A DNA stretch of 64,000 bases from Callorhinchus milii (lineage: Eukaryota). A program made the position numbers and the translations under genes. The notes below the pieces were generated by a model that saw nothing but the letters and a program-made list of their open reading frames with translations, searched no databases and was not told the origin of the DNA. Location of the stretch: assembly GCF_018977255.1 (NCBI RefSeq), contig NW_024704742.1, forward strand, positions 4,404,001-4,468,000, read 5' to 3'. Shown here one piece after another: positions 1 to 13,804 of the stretch; the stretch's first letter is position 1, and every line of letters starts with the position of its first letter.

Positions 1-1044
1 AATGGGGGGATATCGAAGGAACAAAAACTCTTAAAAAGGTTATCTCCTGTGTGTAATATATACGGCCCGGGGTAGGGGGAAGGGATGGAAGAGGGAGAAA
101 GGGGAAGAGAATCTTAAACAAAAGGCCTAAGTGTACCAGAAAACATGCTGTTTTCACTAATTGTTACAAGAGGTCTGGATCTGGGCTGGAATAGCTTGGG
201 CACAGGGTTGGAAGCTTTCACACTGACTGAGCAGAAGTGCTGTGGGTGGGCTATCTAACTTTGATGTTCCCTCCCTTCCAGATAATAAGCTGGAACAGCT
301 TGCAATTGACGATTACAAAAACGAAAACATCAGCCATTTACAAATGACTCTAGCCCGTTTCCAGCCCAGACAAAGGCCTCACTCAATACCAGTTGGATTG
401 AGGCAAACGAGTGATGCAGATATTTCCAGAAAACTCTTAAGTAGCAACTAAACAGTGACTGTACAATTATAATCTTGTCAATTGTGAGCAGCACATGGAA
501 CCAATTATTTATTTGCTGAGACTGTACATACAGTGCCTCACTTCACCCATATGTTGTAATGCAAATAACAGTCTTGTAGTTTAAGCCTTGACACCTGCTC
601 ATGTTCTGTAACCTCCACTTCTGTTAGCTGAGGATGTTGTTTGATTCTTACTAGTATTGTAGTGCCCTCACCACAGTTTTACCTGGCATGCCACAGCTGA
701 TTGTACCACATTTCCATACTTTCTCTGAATAGAGCTTTATTCAGCTCTTGCATTGCTTGGATGCAAGAAGGAAAAAGCAGTCACAGCAGAATGTCACCAT
801 TTGTCACCAATTCCTAGAACACATGAGATTTAACACTGCCGTGTTTTTCTGCTCTTTTGGAAAAAAAAATGAACCGCCTGTGTCCTTAAGCACTCTTGCT
901 CCCAGCCAAGGAGACTCAGTGTGTTTTTTCCCCCATTGCCAAATGCTTAATATGGAAAGGTGCAGATTTTGATCATTTCTGTATGGTACAATGGAAGTTC
1001 ATGGACCCAGGGGCAGGCAGGAGAGGACCTATTGCTTTTTCTTT

Positions 1045-1228
1045 GCACAGATGGTAATCAACGACTGGAACAGATTACTGGGAAATGTGGTGGAAGCCAG
1101 GGTAGGACACTGGACTCAATTAAAAAGCAGCTTGATGCAGTGATGGGGGGGTGGGACTGGTGTTCTGGAGAGATGAGATTGGATGAGCTGAAGGGTTTTA
1201 TTCATCCAGACTACTCTTGTGATCTTGG
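1045..1228 (+). mobile_element. CR1 LINE 3' end fragment (family ending ...ttgtgatcttg)
   Basis: Aligns by eye to the 3' ends at 11540-11718 and 40690-40875 (ggtaatcaacgactggaacagatt...gagatgagattggatg...catccaga...ttgtgatctt). Confidence 0.75.
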
Positions 1229-3582
1229 AGAACAGTGGGCAACTTCAGATTATCCCACAGATACTAGATTGCATTATTCATGGGTGTTTAACAAGTGGGG
1301 GAGGGGGTAGAAGGTTCTGATATACAGGTGGTGCAAACCCACTGTTCCCCACGTTTATGCCACAGCTGACAAACTGCTGTATGACGTGTTAACATCTTGC
1401 TTCTGATTGCATTGAAGCATGTACACACCCAAATTGATGTCACAAAGAAAAGAAGCCATCACAACAGAAAACTATTGTGGCATAGTGGACCCCACTGATA
1501 CTATCCCATTATAGTGGAATAACAAATCATTTAACTCACGGGATCTGATAGGAGGCATTTGGTTTATAACCAAAAAAAAGGTCACATTTGATGAAATGTC
1601 AACCAGGTGAATGTTTCAATATTTCCTAAATGACGCACAGGTTTGATGAAACACCTGATAGAAACTGGAAAGTTTCCAGTGGCATCTGCAGCTGACCCCT
1701 CATTTGCTTCAGTACAGTACGTCCCTAAAAGATTTAAAGACTTTAGGAGAATTCAGCCTCACAATGCATGTGACTGACATGTACTGTAATCTTATGGTAT
1801 TAATGATAATTTCAAACAATGCTGTAACTTCAAAAATTGTTTATTACTGTCATTATTATCAAAGAGGAGAACATCGCCAACCTTGTTTCCACTCATATGG
1901 TGCTTAGCTGCAGTGTTCAGTTGTTTGAGTGAGCCTCAGTGGGTAGAATTGGTATGTCACATATTTTCCTCCCCCAGATATGAATCATCCCCTCCTGTCC
2001 AACAGCAATGAGATATCAAGTGTTGCTCGGAAAGTTTAACCTGTTCATGGTATTAAAGTGCATTTAATAACCAGTTATTAGTAAGTTAACCATTAAGGTC
2101 CATTAAGGTTAACTTACAGTGCCACTCTGACACTGAGAGCTGCAAGTTAACTCACTCTCCTCTTTTCAGTCGCTCCCTCTGGAAAAATGACTCAGCCCTG
2201 TTCACTACCTCTCTCCTCCCACTTTCTCTCCAATGACTCAGCCAAGATGGGGACCTGGAGACACAAGGTATCCTGAGCACATACTCATTTCATACCTCTC
2301 CGCAGCAATGCGTGTGGGTGGAGGTACTCAAGCATGACACATCACCAAGGGGTCCCTTTAGGAACATAGGTACCAGAGGACCCATCGAGCCTGTTCTGCT
2401 AGTTTATTAGATCATGGCAGATCTTTTAATCCTATTTTCTTGCCTTTTCTCTATACCCCTTAATACCTTTACTTCCCAAGTATCCACCTATCTCCCTTAT
2501 AAATATGCCAATTGATTATGCCTCTATGGCCTTCTCTATTAGGCTTTCGCGATTGGTGACATCCCCTATGTCTCACCACTATCTCCTGCCTTCCTAAACC
2601 AGGATAGTTGCACAAACGTGGGGATGAGCATTCACAATACATGGCCCGTAGGCGTATGTCGAATACATTTTTAAAGAGTAACAAAGAAAAAAGGGCAATG
2701 AAATAAATAGGCTTGCAATCACACAAACAACATTCTTCTCTTGTGAAATGCATCTACACTGCATTCACCAAAGGTGACGAGGCCTGCATAGAAACCTGTA
2801 CAGTAACATACAGATATTAAGTGCGTCTTGTGAAACGACTGCCTTTGAAGGGTGGAGACAACGAAAAATAAAGTTGTTTCCCACAGGAAATGCTTCTCTA
2901 AACTCTGTTTTTTCTATCTGTTTTTGTAGTATGTAATTTACAGACTAAAATGAAGTCTTGGTGTTTTTATTTAGTGCTGTGTGTTGCTTTCTTGTGTAAT
3001 TAACATTTGAATGTAATTACTGCAGTGCCAATTTGCCAAAGATATCAGATATTTTTTTTCTTTATAATTTTTGCAATACTGGGATTTGTGCTTTCTGTTC
3101 CAAGTAAATTGTCGAATGCAACCTGAGTTTCTCTGATATTAGATTTAGCTAAAAGTACCATGCAATAAGATGGGTGTAGATTCAATGTATGTGTGTTCAC
3201 AAGGATGATTGTTTGTGACTCTGTTGATGTATGTAATCTTAATATAAGAATAATTATTTGTAAATATTTACTATAATTTTATTGGTTCATACATAAGAAT
3301 ATAAGTAAACTTTTTTTAAGTTCAATGATATTTTCAAATGTGGTCTGCTTTCTGGTGGCTGAACTTATATGCTTTGTTTACAAAGACATACAGTCATTGC
3401 TTAAATCTGCACATATCACACAAAGCGCCATCACCCTGCTTCCCCTTTTGATTTGCACAGTATATTCCAAGTGTCAGTGAACCCAAGTTCACAGTGACTC
3501 TTGAATACATTTGGTCTTCATGGTCTGATATGAGCTGGTTCTTCAAATGGGCTAATTTTATTGAGAAATCCAGAGCAATCAT

Positions 3583-3715
3583 TAATAGTAACAATAATCC
3601 TTGTATTTTATGTAGCCCCTTATGTCGTTGAGACGTCTCAAAGTGCTTCACAGAATATATTGTAAAGGGCACTGACTGTGGCGCTATATCAAATGCAAGG
3701 ATTATTTTATTATAA
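3583..3715. mobile_element. SINE 3' tail fragments (minus-strand tail joined to a short plus-strand tail)
   Basis: aataatccttgta...gagacgtctcaaagtgcttcacagaatat (minus tail) followed by ggcgctatatcaaatgcaaggattatt (plus tail). Confidence 0.75.
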
Positions 3716-6097
3716 TCGCTCCATGGGAAAAACAATAAAAACGGGATGCATTCCTCTGTAAAATGAAAGGAAAAGTTTAAGATTACTGTAAGAAAATGTC
3801 AGCAGAATATTCATTTGTGTTGTGTTTCCATATGCTCAATATCATACACTCTGCTGTACCCCTATGGGACTGTGTCCCGAATTATTGGGGAAAGAGGTAC
3901 AAGAGCTTTGACACCAAGCACACGTTTATCTTGGATTGTTTTACCATCGCTCCACAGTTCTTCAAGCAGATAACTGAAAGGTTTCACTATGCTTATTCTT
4001 AAACCCATGAGCTGTTCCAGGTCCCCCAGTCCTGTTTAACACTGTGCGATATGTAGAGTAATTACTATTCCTTTCCTGGCGACGATGAGGCAACAGTGCC
4101 TCTGACAGATTCGGTGGAGACTTCCTCAGTTGTCACGTGCTGTAGGCTCATTCCACTTCCAGGAATATTCATAGCACTGACTGCTTCTCAGGCAAGTAGT
4201 AGCTACCTGTCAGTACAAGATAACTAATGGCAATGTAGAGAAGACGAGAGCCAAGTCTTTAAGGGATTTGGTTCACCTTGTGGGAAAGGGAGCTCACATC
4301 ATTTTTGTTCTTTTGAATGAATTGGGCAAATGACTCAACAAAGGGAAGCACGTTCAAAAATGAGCAGATAACGACGTGAGTCCCGGACCTCTCCGGCGGT
4401 TATCTCTGCGCCCCACTCATTTGGCGGAATTCGGATGGGGTTCTGGTCGCTGAATTTGCTGAAATAATTTGTCCGTCTCTGTTGCTGTTCATTTTGCACT
4501 TCCCGTAGAGCAAAGGTCATGGCGTCTCTGACAAATCACATTTAGCTTTTATCATAAGCTTCATTTACTTCGGGTTCATTCATTAACATCACCCCCCCAC
4601 CGCGCCACCCCTTTGTTCCACTTTGTTTGATGCTAGTTTACCCTCGGGGGGTTAAGATCAGAATGATGAGCTGCGGTGCATCACTAAATGTAATCCGCTG
4701 GTGAGAGGAGGATCACAACTAAGTTGCCCCTCACATCACAGGTTCCAAGGTTCCAGCCAGGTAGGAAAGGTAAGTCCAGAGGTTGAGTACTCCATGACAA
4801 TATCTTGTAGCTTCACTTCCCTAAAACGTGTGTTGTAGCTGTAAAAAAACGAAGCCTAGCCACTGCCCCACTCAGCCTCTCTTTTTCCTCAGGTATGCAA
4901 CTTTTGGTTGGAAACAACACCTATGAGCGCAAACAAAGAACTCTCTTTCACAGAAACTATCGTCAGCATTTGACGAAGGAATTGGTGGATTGTGTTCCGA
5001 AGGTTCCCCAAGCAGATCCCCAAAGTCATCGTGTAGAAAGCCTCATCATCAGCTCTCTCTCTCTCTCACACCAGCACCAAAACAGAGCTTAGCTGGTGGT
5101 GAGAGAGGCCCCTTTGTATCATGCAAACAGCAAACACAGCAACAACACAGCATCTAAGTTGCACCTTTCATGTAGGTAACATCTCACAGGGATGGTGTGG
5201 ATCATTGAGCCATGGGGTGGGAAGAGGGGTGCTTAGGACAAAGAATGACTGAAGAGGGCAGGTTTGATAACAGGGAGAACACGTGTGAGGAGAAGGGATT
5301 TTCCTATGGAGTTCCAGAAAATGAGCATAGCTGAAAACTCAGCTGCCATTGGTAAGATGGAGGCACAAGAAGCTGTGCTGGGTTAAGTGTGCAGAGTGGA
5401 TGAGAGAGTGGGCTGGAAGGGTTGCGGGGGTTTAGGTGTGCAGCTAGATCCAGCCTAAACCTTTGGCTGGCTTCGCTGTCTATGCCCTAGAGCACTGTAG
5501 AGAAAACAACAAGATTGATCCCTAGTATTGGAAGGATGAGCTCGGAGGATTAATTTGTTAAACCGCATCTCTTAAGCCTAGAAAAAGCAAGGTCTCAAAA
5601 GGGACTTTGTAGCAGCACATAAGGATTATCACAGAAGAAAAAAAAGATAGCGGTGAGAAGAATTTATTTACACAGGATGGACAATGCTTTACCACAAGTG
5701 GTAAAGAGCAGGGAAATAGAACTAGAGGAGACAGCTCCAGGGGAGAGGTGAGCATCAAGACAGATGAGATCAACTGGATTGGCTGCTGTTGGCATTTCCC
5801 CATAACCTCCCACCTTAGCGCAAGTCTCAACTCTCTGTATAGTTTCCTAACCCGGTTCACACTTATGTCTATTGTTTGTGTAGGTCGCTCTGAAACAGCC
5901 AATAAAGCTCATTGAAGCAAAGTTTAATAGGTTCTAACTTCATGTGTTATGCTCCCTGTTTGGAATCCGTAAATTCTTCCCATAGTGTCATTGTCATGTA
6001 AGAATCTGAGGTTACAATCCCTACATTTGGTATCGGAAATTGCACCTCGTCTTAGAGTGGCTGATCATTTTATTTCATAATTTAAATTGCACTGAAT

Positions 6098-6198
6098 TGT
6101 GGAAAATTCTTAAATTGTGTTATTCTGGAAGCTGGTTTTCCACATTTCTTAAAAATAACTGGCTTCCAAATTGAGGCTGAATTTAAGAATTTTCCACA
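6098..6198. repeat. Palindromic MITE-like element with perfect 19-bp terminal inverted repeats
   Basis: tgtggaaaattcttaaatt (6098-6116) is the exact reverse complement of aatttaagaattttccaca (6180-6198); a related element lies at ~57630-57785. Confidence 0.6.
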
Positions 6199-6394
6199 GT
6201 TTTTTCAAAGTCCTTATATTTGATTTAGTGCCTTTCACATCAGGGGGAATGTCTCAAAGTGCTTCTCAGTTTACACTGTAAAGTATAGTGACCCCACAAC
6301 CTTCTGACTGAGAAGCGAGAGTGTTACCAACTGAGCCAGGCCGGCACACAAGTTGAAATAACCTCCGCAGCCACGGAATTGTTTTTGGTCAACC

Positions 6395-6530
6395 AGGTGT
6401 CCGAAAGTATAAGGGGCAGGTTGGCAGGAGCCAAGGTTTGGGGACTCCAGAGGGTGCGTTGGGGTCCTGCTGGAGTCTAACCAGCTAAAACAGCATAGCT
6501 TGCCATTGATATTGCTGTCCGGCAAGCAAT
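6395..6530 (-). repeat. Unclassified interspersed repeat, copy 1 (inverted relative to the other three)
   Basis: Reverse complement matches 16020-16140 (ggttagactccag...ctctggggtccccaaa...gctcttgccaacctgc...atactttc). Confidence 0.7.
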
Positions 6531-8446
6531 TGTGTGGATCAATGCTTGTCAGTACCTGAGGTGAGAAGGCACTGAGAGAAGCCAAGCAGACTTGGTCTTC
6601 TCGACATTCAATTGGAGAAAGTGAGAGCTCATCCAGGACTTGACATCTGACGGACAATCCGTCGGCACAGCAGTGGTCCAGGAATCAAGGGTGGAGGCCG
6701 GGAGATAGAGTTGGGTGTCACCGCATCCCATACCTGCGGATGATATCTTCATTGATGCTGTCTACATTGGCATTCTAATGGGAGTCATTGAGTTTTTTAT
6801 AACATTACAGGGAGCCTTCAAGCTGACACCTGGAGAGCTGTTCAGTATCGCTACTACTGTTACTACTCTGCCCTCCTTCAAACGGTTGTTTGCTCTTCCA
6901 CACTCACCCCAAAACCATCTTTCCCTCCTTCTGGCTTGTTGAGTGAGATGAGAGATCAAGAACTGCAGTTTATGGTTTACATCTGCCATCTAAGGCCACA
7001 TCCACTATATTTCACGGTTTGAAAACACTATTAAAATGTACATTTATGGTCATCCTTCTCAGGTGTGCAGAGAGTATTTCTGCTGGTAGGAGATTTGTTC
7101 ATTGAATGTCTGACACATCAGCGCCACCTTCAGAGTTCCATGATTTGTCTGCGGTGCATTGACCATCCCACCACGCTTTGTGACATCTCTCGCCGCACCT
7201 TCTCTGTCCATCTCGTACTCTGATGAGCGGATAGATACTGACAGAACGCTTAGAAAGCACAACAGTCTCTCTGACCATTCACAATTGGCGGTGCTTTCTA
7301 TAAGCTTAACAACAAAAGATTATACCCTCAGAAAAAATAAATCATACAAATAATTATTTCAAACGAAATATTTCCAAGGAAATTCAACAAGTGTTAGCAA
7401 AATTTTCTTTGCAAGATAGAAATTCAGCAGCAGAATACCAAGTATCCAATGGTCTATCCTTCCATAACAATGGGCTATGAAATAACATTGAGGACGACAA
7501 GAAATTCTGTTTTGTGCATGCAAAAAGTTGCTAGGGATGCTTCTTTCTATTTCAAAATATTTATACTTTTGTACAGTGCAGGGTTAGAGGAAAAAAGAGT
7601 TAGAATAGTCATAGAGAAAGAGAAATAGTTTGAGAGACTCAGAGAGAGAGAAAGAGAGAGACTCATACAGGAAGTCAAAGAGATAGAGAAAGATAGTTTA
7701 AGAGACTCATTTTAATTAGCACTGTAGACATTTTTTATTTTGGTGATGTCCAGTTATCCTCACTGTTTGCTTTTCTACAATGGGGCTGGTCCTAATTAGT
7801 GCAGATAAATAGCTCTCTACAGTAGTTAAAGCACAGGCTAATGGTTCAGTATCAGATAGTACAACCCAGGGAATGCAATGCATGACCTTCAACCAATAAC
7901 ATAGTTGAGCCAGTTTTACCATAGCTGTGGAAACCTATGACCTTAATTAGAAAATATGGAGCCATATTCATGTAAAAAAAAGGATTTTAACTTTAACTTA
8001 AAGTTTCTTCATTAAAATGATTCAGAAATAAACTATTTACAGATCTTGTAACTACGTTAGGAAGTTCTTTTATGATACGATAAGTTGTGTAACAAACAGG
8101 TACACAAATAACCAGATAATTAGAGAGTCTGTTTAGTGAAAATTGACTAAAAAACAAATAGTTGACAATTGAAACTAAGAGGGAGAAATTCCCCTCTAAA
8201 TTCCAGTTCGATGGTAACTCTGAAGTTGTCCTTAAAGTCGTCCTTAAAATAACATACAGAACTTACAGTTTCTTTCTCAAAACCCTTCACTGTCTCTTGT
8301 CTTCCAGCAGATCGATTTCAAGATCCTGACTCTCACTTATAAATTCCTACACAACTTCATCCCTCCCGACCACTGTGACCTCTTCCAGCTATTCTCCTGC
8401 TCACCCCCTCTGTACTTGGTCAATTTGGGTTTGCTGGTCTTTTCTT

Positions 8447-8724
8447 GGAGTCCTGTAGCTCAGTGGTTAGAGCACTTGCCTCGCAAGCGAGAGGACCTGG
8501 GTTTGATTCTTGGGTGGGCAAAACATTGGGCAGGTTTCCTTACTCCACACGCCTCTGTTTAGCTAGCAGTAAGTAGGAACCCGGTTGCTAGTCGATTGGC
8601 GGATCTCTTTTCCAGGGGTAATAATTCCTTCAAAAAACAGTTTTTAAAAAATTACAGTATATTCTGTGAAGCGCTTTGAGACGTCTCGAAGACGTGAAGT
8701 CAAATGCAAGGATTATTATTATTT
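8447..8724 (+). mobile_element. tRNA-Ala-derived SINE (CORE-like body, L2-type tail), internally deleted
   Basis: Head ggagtcctgtagctcagtggttagagcac (A box), degenerate B box gggtttgattc, body gggcaggtttccttactccacacgcctctg, tail tcaaatgcaaggattattatt. Confidence 0.9.
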
Positions 8725-8805
8725 TGTTGCCTTCTCTGAGGTACCTAACATCAGATACAAAACCTTCGACCATTATGCCACTACCATCTAGAACTTCCTT
8801 CCTAA

Positions 8806-8924
<119 letters not shown>

Positions 8925-9369
8925 AAAGGTTTCAGAAAATCTACCTCTTTCTTTTCTACAGTCACATCCCTCATACCCAATAACAAATACAACAACAAAT
9001 TATTGTCAGGAGGAGGTCCCATTCTCCCAGCTTGGTGTCTGGCACCATCTCTGTGAAGCATTTATAAGGTGAAATGAAAGGTTCTATATAAATTGTTGTT
9101 CTTGTTGCTTCTCTGTTCAAGGGTAAAACTAACATGGCTGGAGAGCCCAGAGGTCAGCACAGGGGACGCAGATCTGAAAACTTGCTTGAGGCAGTAATGG
9201 TGTGGTTATTTGGGAGGGACAGTTTGCAAGATACTGGGTCTAAGGATCATTCGGGGCAGATATCATAGCAAACTGATTGTGTTAGTTTCCCAATATATAG
9301 GGCGGGTGAATCTTAATTTATCTTTTTGATTTTTAACGATTTGTTTGGACAATTTTTACACTTATAGAA

Positions 9370-9560
9370 AACACTCTGGGGTCCCCAAGCTTTGGTTCTT
9401 GCCAACCTGCACCTTATACTTTCCAGAATTAGGTAAGCAGGGTGCGTCCCTCCAGGGGGAGAGTGCGCACTCCATTCCAACAATCTATCTTTGGAATTTC
9501 CATGTGTAGGTGGGATGGATGGAATTCCCAGTTTGGTTTGGATACTCTTAAGCATGGGGA
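9370..9560 (+). repeat. Unclassified interspersed repeat, copy 2
   Basis: acactctggggtccccaagctttggttcttgccaacctgcaccttatactttccagaattagg is shared with 16080 and 29710. Confidence 0.75.
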
Positions 9561-10383
9561 TTGTGACAACAAATATGCGCACAGCAATGTCCATCCAAAA
9601 ATGGCCATAAAATGACTGACATAAAACTACATAAAACTACCTTCCCTTTTTCAATAATGTCATGCGATCTTTAATGTCTTCTTGAATGGCCAATTATATG
9701 TATGCTCAGATTTCTGACCCACATGTCATAGACCACCTACGAACCAACAGAATGTCTTTGCAGATGTTGTGAACAACATTCCAGTGCACCCACAAAATAT
9801 ACAGTTCGTCCACTTTACAGTACATCCTGTGAAGAGCTTTGAGACATCTCAATGATGTAATAAGTCGCTATATCAAATGCAAGGATTATTATTATTGTAG
9901 GTGTGCTGGACTCAGGCCGTAGAATCAGATACCACTTCACTGCCCCCCTGGACTGATGACACCAGCCTCCTGTATCTGCTTTTTCACCATTGGCCTTTGA
10001 GGGGTGCTGTTTCTTTATGCTATTCTGGTGCACAGACATCAAAATGTGTCAGCCTACAACTGCTGTATGATAGGCACAAACACAACCCTGATCCAAAACC
10101 ATTATTCCAATGAACCAAACAACAAGCTGTTTGCTCCCAATGTACAGATAGATCATTGTGCCGGCAGCATGGTTCAAAAGAAAAAATCTTTGTTAGTACA
10201 GTAGTGAGTTACGAATATCAAGGCCGTGAAGAAGGTATAAGAGGAGGATGACTGGGATGTTATCGGGGACAAGAAGCTTTAATTATAAGGAGGTGCTAGA
10301 GAAACCGAGATTGTTTTCACCGCAATAGCGAAAGACTGAGAAGAGTTCTAAGAAAAGTGCTCAAATTTTTGAGAAGTTTTCAT

Positions 10384-10707
10384 AAATAATAATAATAATA
10401 ATAATCCTTGCATTTGATATAGCGCTTTTCACGTCGGGAGGACGTCCCAAAGCGCTTCACAGAACACACCGTAAAGTGAATTGACTATATTTGTGGGCGA
10501 ACGCGGCAGCCAATTGCGCACAGCAATGTCCCACAAACAGTCGTAGATTGAATATGACCAATTTATTATTGTTTTTGGTTTTAGGAGGGACTATTATTAG
10601 GCGTGTGGAGTAATGAAACTTGCCCAAGGTTTCGCCCTCTGCCTGGAATTGAACTCAGGTCTCTCGCTTGCAAAGCGAGTGCTCTAACCACTGAGCTACA
10701 GGACTCC
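10384..10707 (-). mobile_element. tRNA-Ala SINE with intact head and tail, inserted into a CR1 3' fragment
   Basis: Runs from the (aat)n tail to the head ...ccactgagctacaggactcc; an ataaa(a)taa-like TSD sits on both sides; CR1-like sequence flanks it (10290-10383, 10709-10815). Confidence 0.9.
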
Positions 10708-10884
10708 ATAAAATAACTTGAGAGAAGCTATATCCACCAGTTGGTAACTGGAGGCTATAAATTCAAGATCAACACCAAAAACCAAGGGGGAGGATTAAGG
10801 GAAGTTATTTTACTTGGAACTACATCCCACACTCACTTTGACTCGCTCCCTCCCTTGCCTCCTTCAAGGCACGTCTCAAGACTA

Positions 10885-11718
10885 CAAACAGAGCTTGATA
10901 GGGTCTGACAAATTACGTTGAATACTGATAATAAACTACACATGGAATCCAAGAATAGGAAACATAACTACTCCATGAATGGAACCGAACTTGCCAAGGA
11001 GGAAGAGATCTAGGGGTGTCAGTTGATTCATTGCTCACTACGTCAAAACAATATGAGGCAGCAGTAAACAAGAAAAACAGATCCTGGGCTATACGAGTAA
11101 ATCAGTTGATCTTAGATCCCCAAATGTCATACTCAGAGGCTGCAGAGCGATTTGGTCAGATCGTACCTTGAATACAGCATACAGTTCTAGTCACCGCAAC
11201 AACAACGTATTAATATAGTGCCCTTCGTGCAGGGTAGGGTTCCAGAGCAACATAATGTGGCTGTTCAGATCCTAGAGGCAGTGCAGAGGAGAGAAACGAG
11301 GATGATCCCCAATGTTAAAGGAATCAGCTAAGAGCAGCGATTAGACAAGCTGGGGCCTTCAGACTTGAGAGAAGACGACTCGGAGGAGACCTCATAGGAT
11401 AATATTTTCAATGGGGTTGAAAAAGTAAACCCAGATCAATACTTTTGGATGTATCAAGACAGGAGAACAAGAGGACATAGGGTTAGAGTTGTAAAAGGTC
11501 ATTTCAGGTCAGACACCAGGAAGTTTTTCCACTAAGCAGAGGGTAATTAACGACTGGAAGAGGTTGCCAGGAAAGGTGATGGAGGCCGAGACATTAGGCT
11601 TATTTAACAAGGCAGCTTGGTGCAGTAATGGGGGGATAGGAGGGTGGATGTGCTGGAGGGATGAGATTGGATGGGACGAAGGGTCCTCTTCATCCAGAAC
11701 AACCTTGTGATCTTGTGA
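10885..11718 (+). mobile_element. CR1 LINE, 5'-truncated and decayed (RT C-terminus plus 3' UTR)
   Basis: Degenerate CR1 ORF2 motifs (ERDLGV-, LEYxxQF-, QRR-, RRLGGDL-, RGH-like); 3' end ccttgtgatcttgtga. Confidence 0.85.
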
Positions 11719-13279
11719 CTTGGGAGTAGGATCAAACAGGTTTTATTCAGACATTTGGGTTAAGATGGGTCAAGTGGCCTCCAGTGCTGTATGATTCTAT
11801 GCTGAAATCAATCAGTTCAGTGCAGCTCAGTGCATTTACCCACTGAGAAACCAGGAGAGCCAGAACCTTTTTGTTAAATGCTGAGCTGCTGCTGAACGAA
11901 TGATTAAAGACCCTGCAGTACAAAACAATCGTTTAGTCTCTTTATTTTGTAGTGTCTGAGCTAAGCCTAACATTTGATGCCAGGGTCGCTCCATCGGCTT
12001 TGAAATCGAACATTAAAATGCCCACCCTCGTACCTTCAGGGTGTTTTGTCTGAAAGTGAGGAGAATAATGACAGTGATGAGAGCACGAAGGATGCCACAT
12101 GGACAGACCCCTTCGAAGTTGGCTGATGGAGCCAACCACAGCATGGTCTCTCAAAGGTCCTTTAGGACTGCTGGATTTAAGATTCAGCACAACAGGCCTG
12201 TCTGATAACGGGGTCAGGATCATTCTAACAAAGGCAAGACAGAGCTCCTCCTCCTCCCTTTTCTTTCCACTCATGCAGAGAACTGTTGCAGATGAAACAA
12301 TCCAGTAGCAGCAAGGTCAAGGTGGTAGACATGGGTTGTGCTCATCTGCTACAAAAGAAACAGTGCGGCATGCCTAGCACTGTGTCATAACCCGGCTTCT
12401 TCTCTAGAGATACCATGGATGAGAGTCCACAAAATGTTTCATTATGCTTGACTACACACACAAAGAAGGAGCAGTGCTCACAAACATCTTTTGTGGAGAG
12501 TTTGCAGAATCAAACAAAGGCAGGATTAATGTTTACCTTTGCCCAATTCAACATAAGGTGTGGTTTTGAAAGACCCATAATTAATCTTATTGGTTCGTCC
12601 AGCTAGAAATACAGCACTCTACATTTTGCGGTAATTACTACGAAGAGCTTTGAGACGTCCTCCCAATGTGAAAGTTCCTTTCGTAAATGCAAGGCATATT
12701 ATTATTATTATTATTATTTTTAAATAGCCTTCAGAGCAGCTGCAAATGAAAAGAAAGCGTATAATTTTAAAAGTTGTTTTGATGCTGCTTTAATTCACTG
12801 GCCAGCTAAAGTTTGATTTTCTTTTGTATATTCTTGTATATTTGCAGTGAGTTTCACTTCTTTGTAACGGGTTCTGTTATTTAACGGAAGGATCTCTCTC
12901 TCCCCACAGACATTGCTGACCCATAAAGAGCTGTCACTCACCCCTGATTCACAGAATCAATGACCATTCTTGCTCCTGGTATGAACCAGCACATGTGTCA
13001 CGTAGCCACACAATCTTACATTCTAAGGCTAAGAACACGAGGTATTTCAAGCTATCTGGTGACTCCTGTGGGAAAATGGCCTTGTTTAAACGAGGACAAG
13101 TTCTGTGCTGGTTATGTATGTTGATTCCCCCCCTCACTCACTGTCCTGGCCTCTGCTGACATTCACTGCTCAGGCTCACGCATGAAGAATGGCCACTTGA
13201 ACACGGTCTGAGACAGTGCTATTGATATGTGTGCACTTACATAACAATAATAATAATCCTTGCATTTGATATAGCAAAT

Positions 13280-13648
13280 GGAGTCCTGTAGCTCAGTAGT
13301 CAGAGCACTCACCTCACGAGCGAGAGACCTGGGTTCGATTCCCGGTCGGGGCGAAATGTTGGGCAAGTTTCCTTACTCCACACGCCTCCGTTTACCTAGC
13401 AGTAAGTAGGAACCCGGTTGTTGGTCGATTGGCGGATTGCTATTCCGGGAGTAAGAATTCCTTAAAAAAACAATAAATTGGTCACTTCAATCCATGACTT
13501 CTTTGTGGGACGTTGCTGTGCGCAATTGGCAACCGCATTTTGCCCACAAAACACAGTCAATTCACTTTACAGTATATTCTGAGAAGCACTTTGAGACATC
13601 TCGAAGTCGTGATAAGGCGTTATATCAAATGCAAGGATTACTATTACT
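13280..13648 (+). mobile_element. Full-length tRNA-Ala SINE
   Basis: A box tagctcagtagt, B box ggttcgattcc, CORE-like body, tail atcaaatgcaaggattactatta; short minus-strand tails flank it. Confidence 0.92.
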
Positions 13649-13804
13649 ACAGTACCTTATCACATCTTCGAGACGTCTCAATGAGCTTCACAGAATAAAC
13701 TGTGAAGTGAAAAAAAATCAAACATTAAGCTGGCTGGTGAATAGAAGTAGCATTAAAACAAAGTTTAAAATTGTCATAACTGGTCTAAAGGTTACATCAA
13801 AAAT

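Noticed and set aside
2700..3400. AT-rich stretch with AATAAA resembling a 3' UTR
   Set aside because: No upstream coding exon is identifiable, and these signals are common in AT-rich DNA.
7219..7262. CTGATGA..GAAA as a second hammerhead
   Set aside because: GAAA does not directly follow the gcg/cgc stem (tta intervenes), and there is no stem I/III or cleavage-triplet geometry. The other CTGANGA hits I checked also failed.
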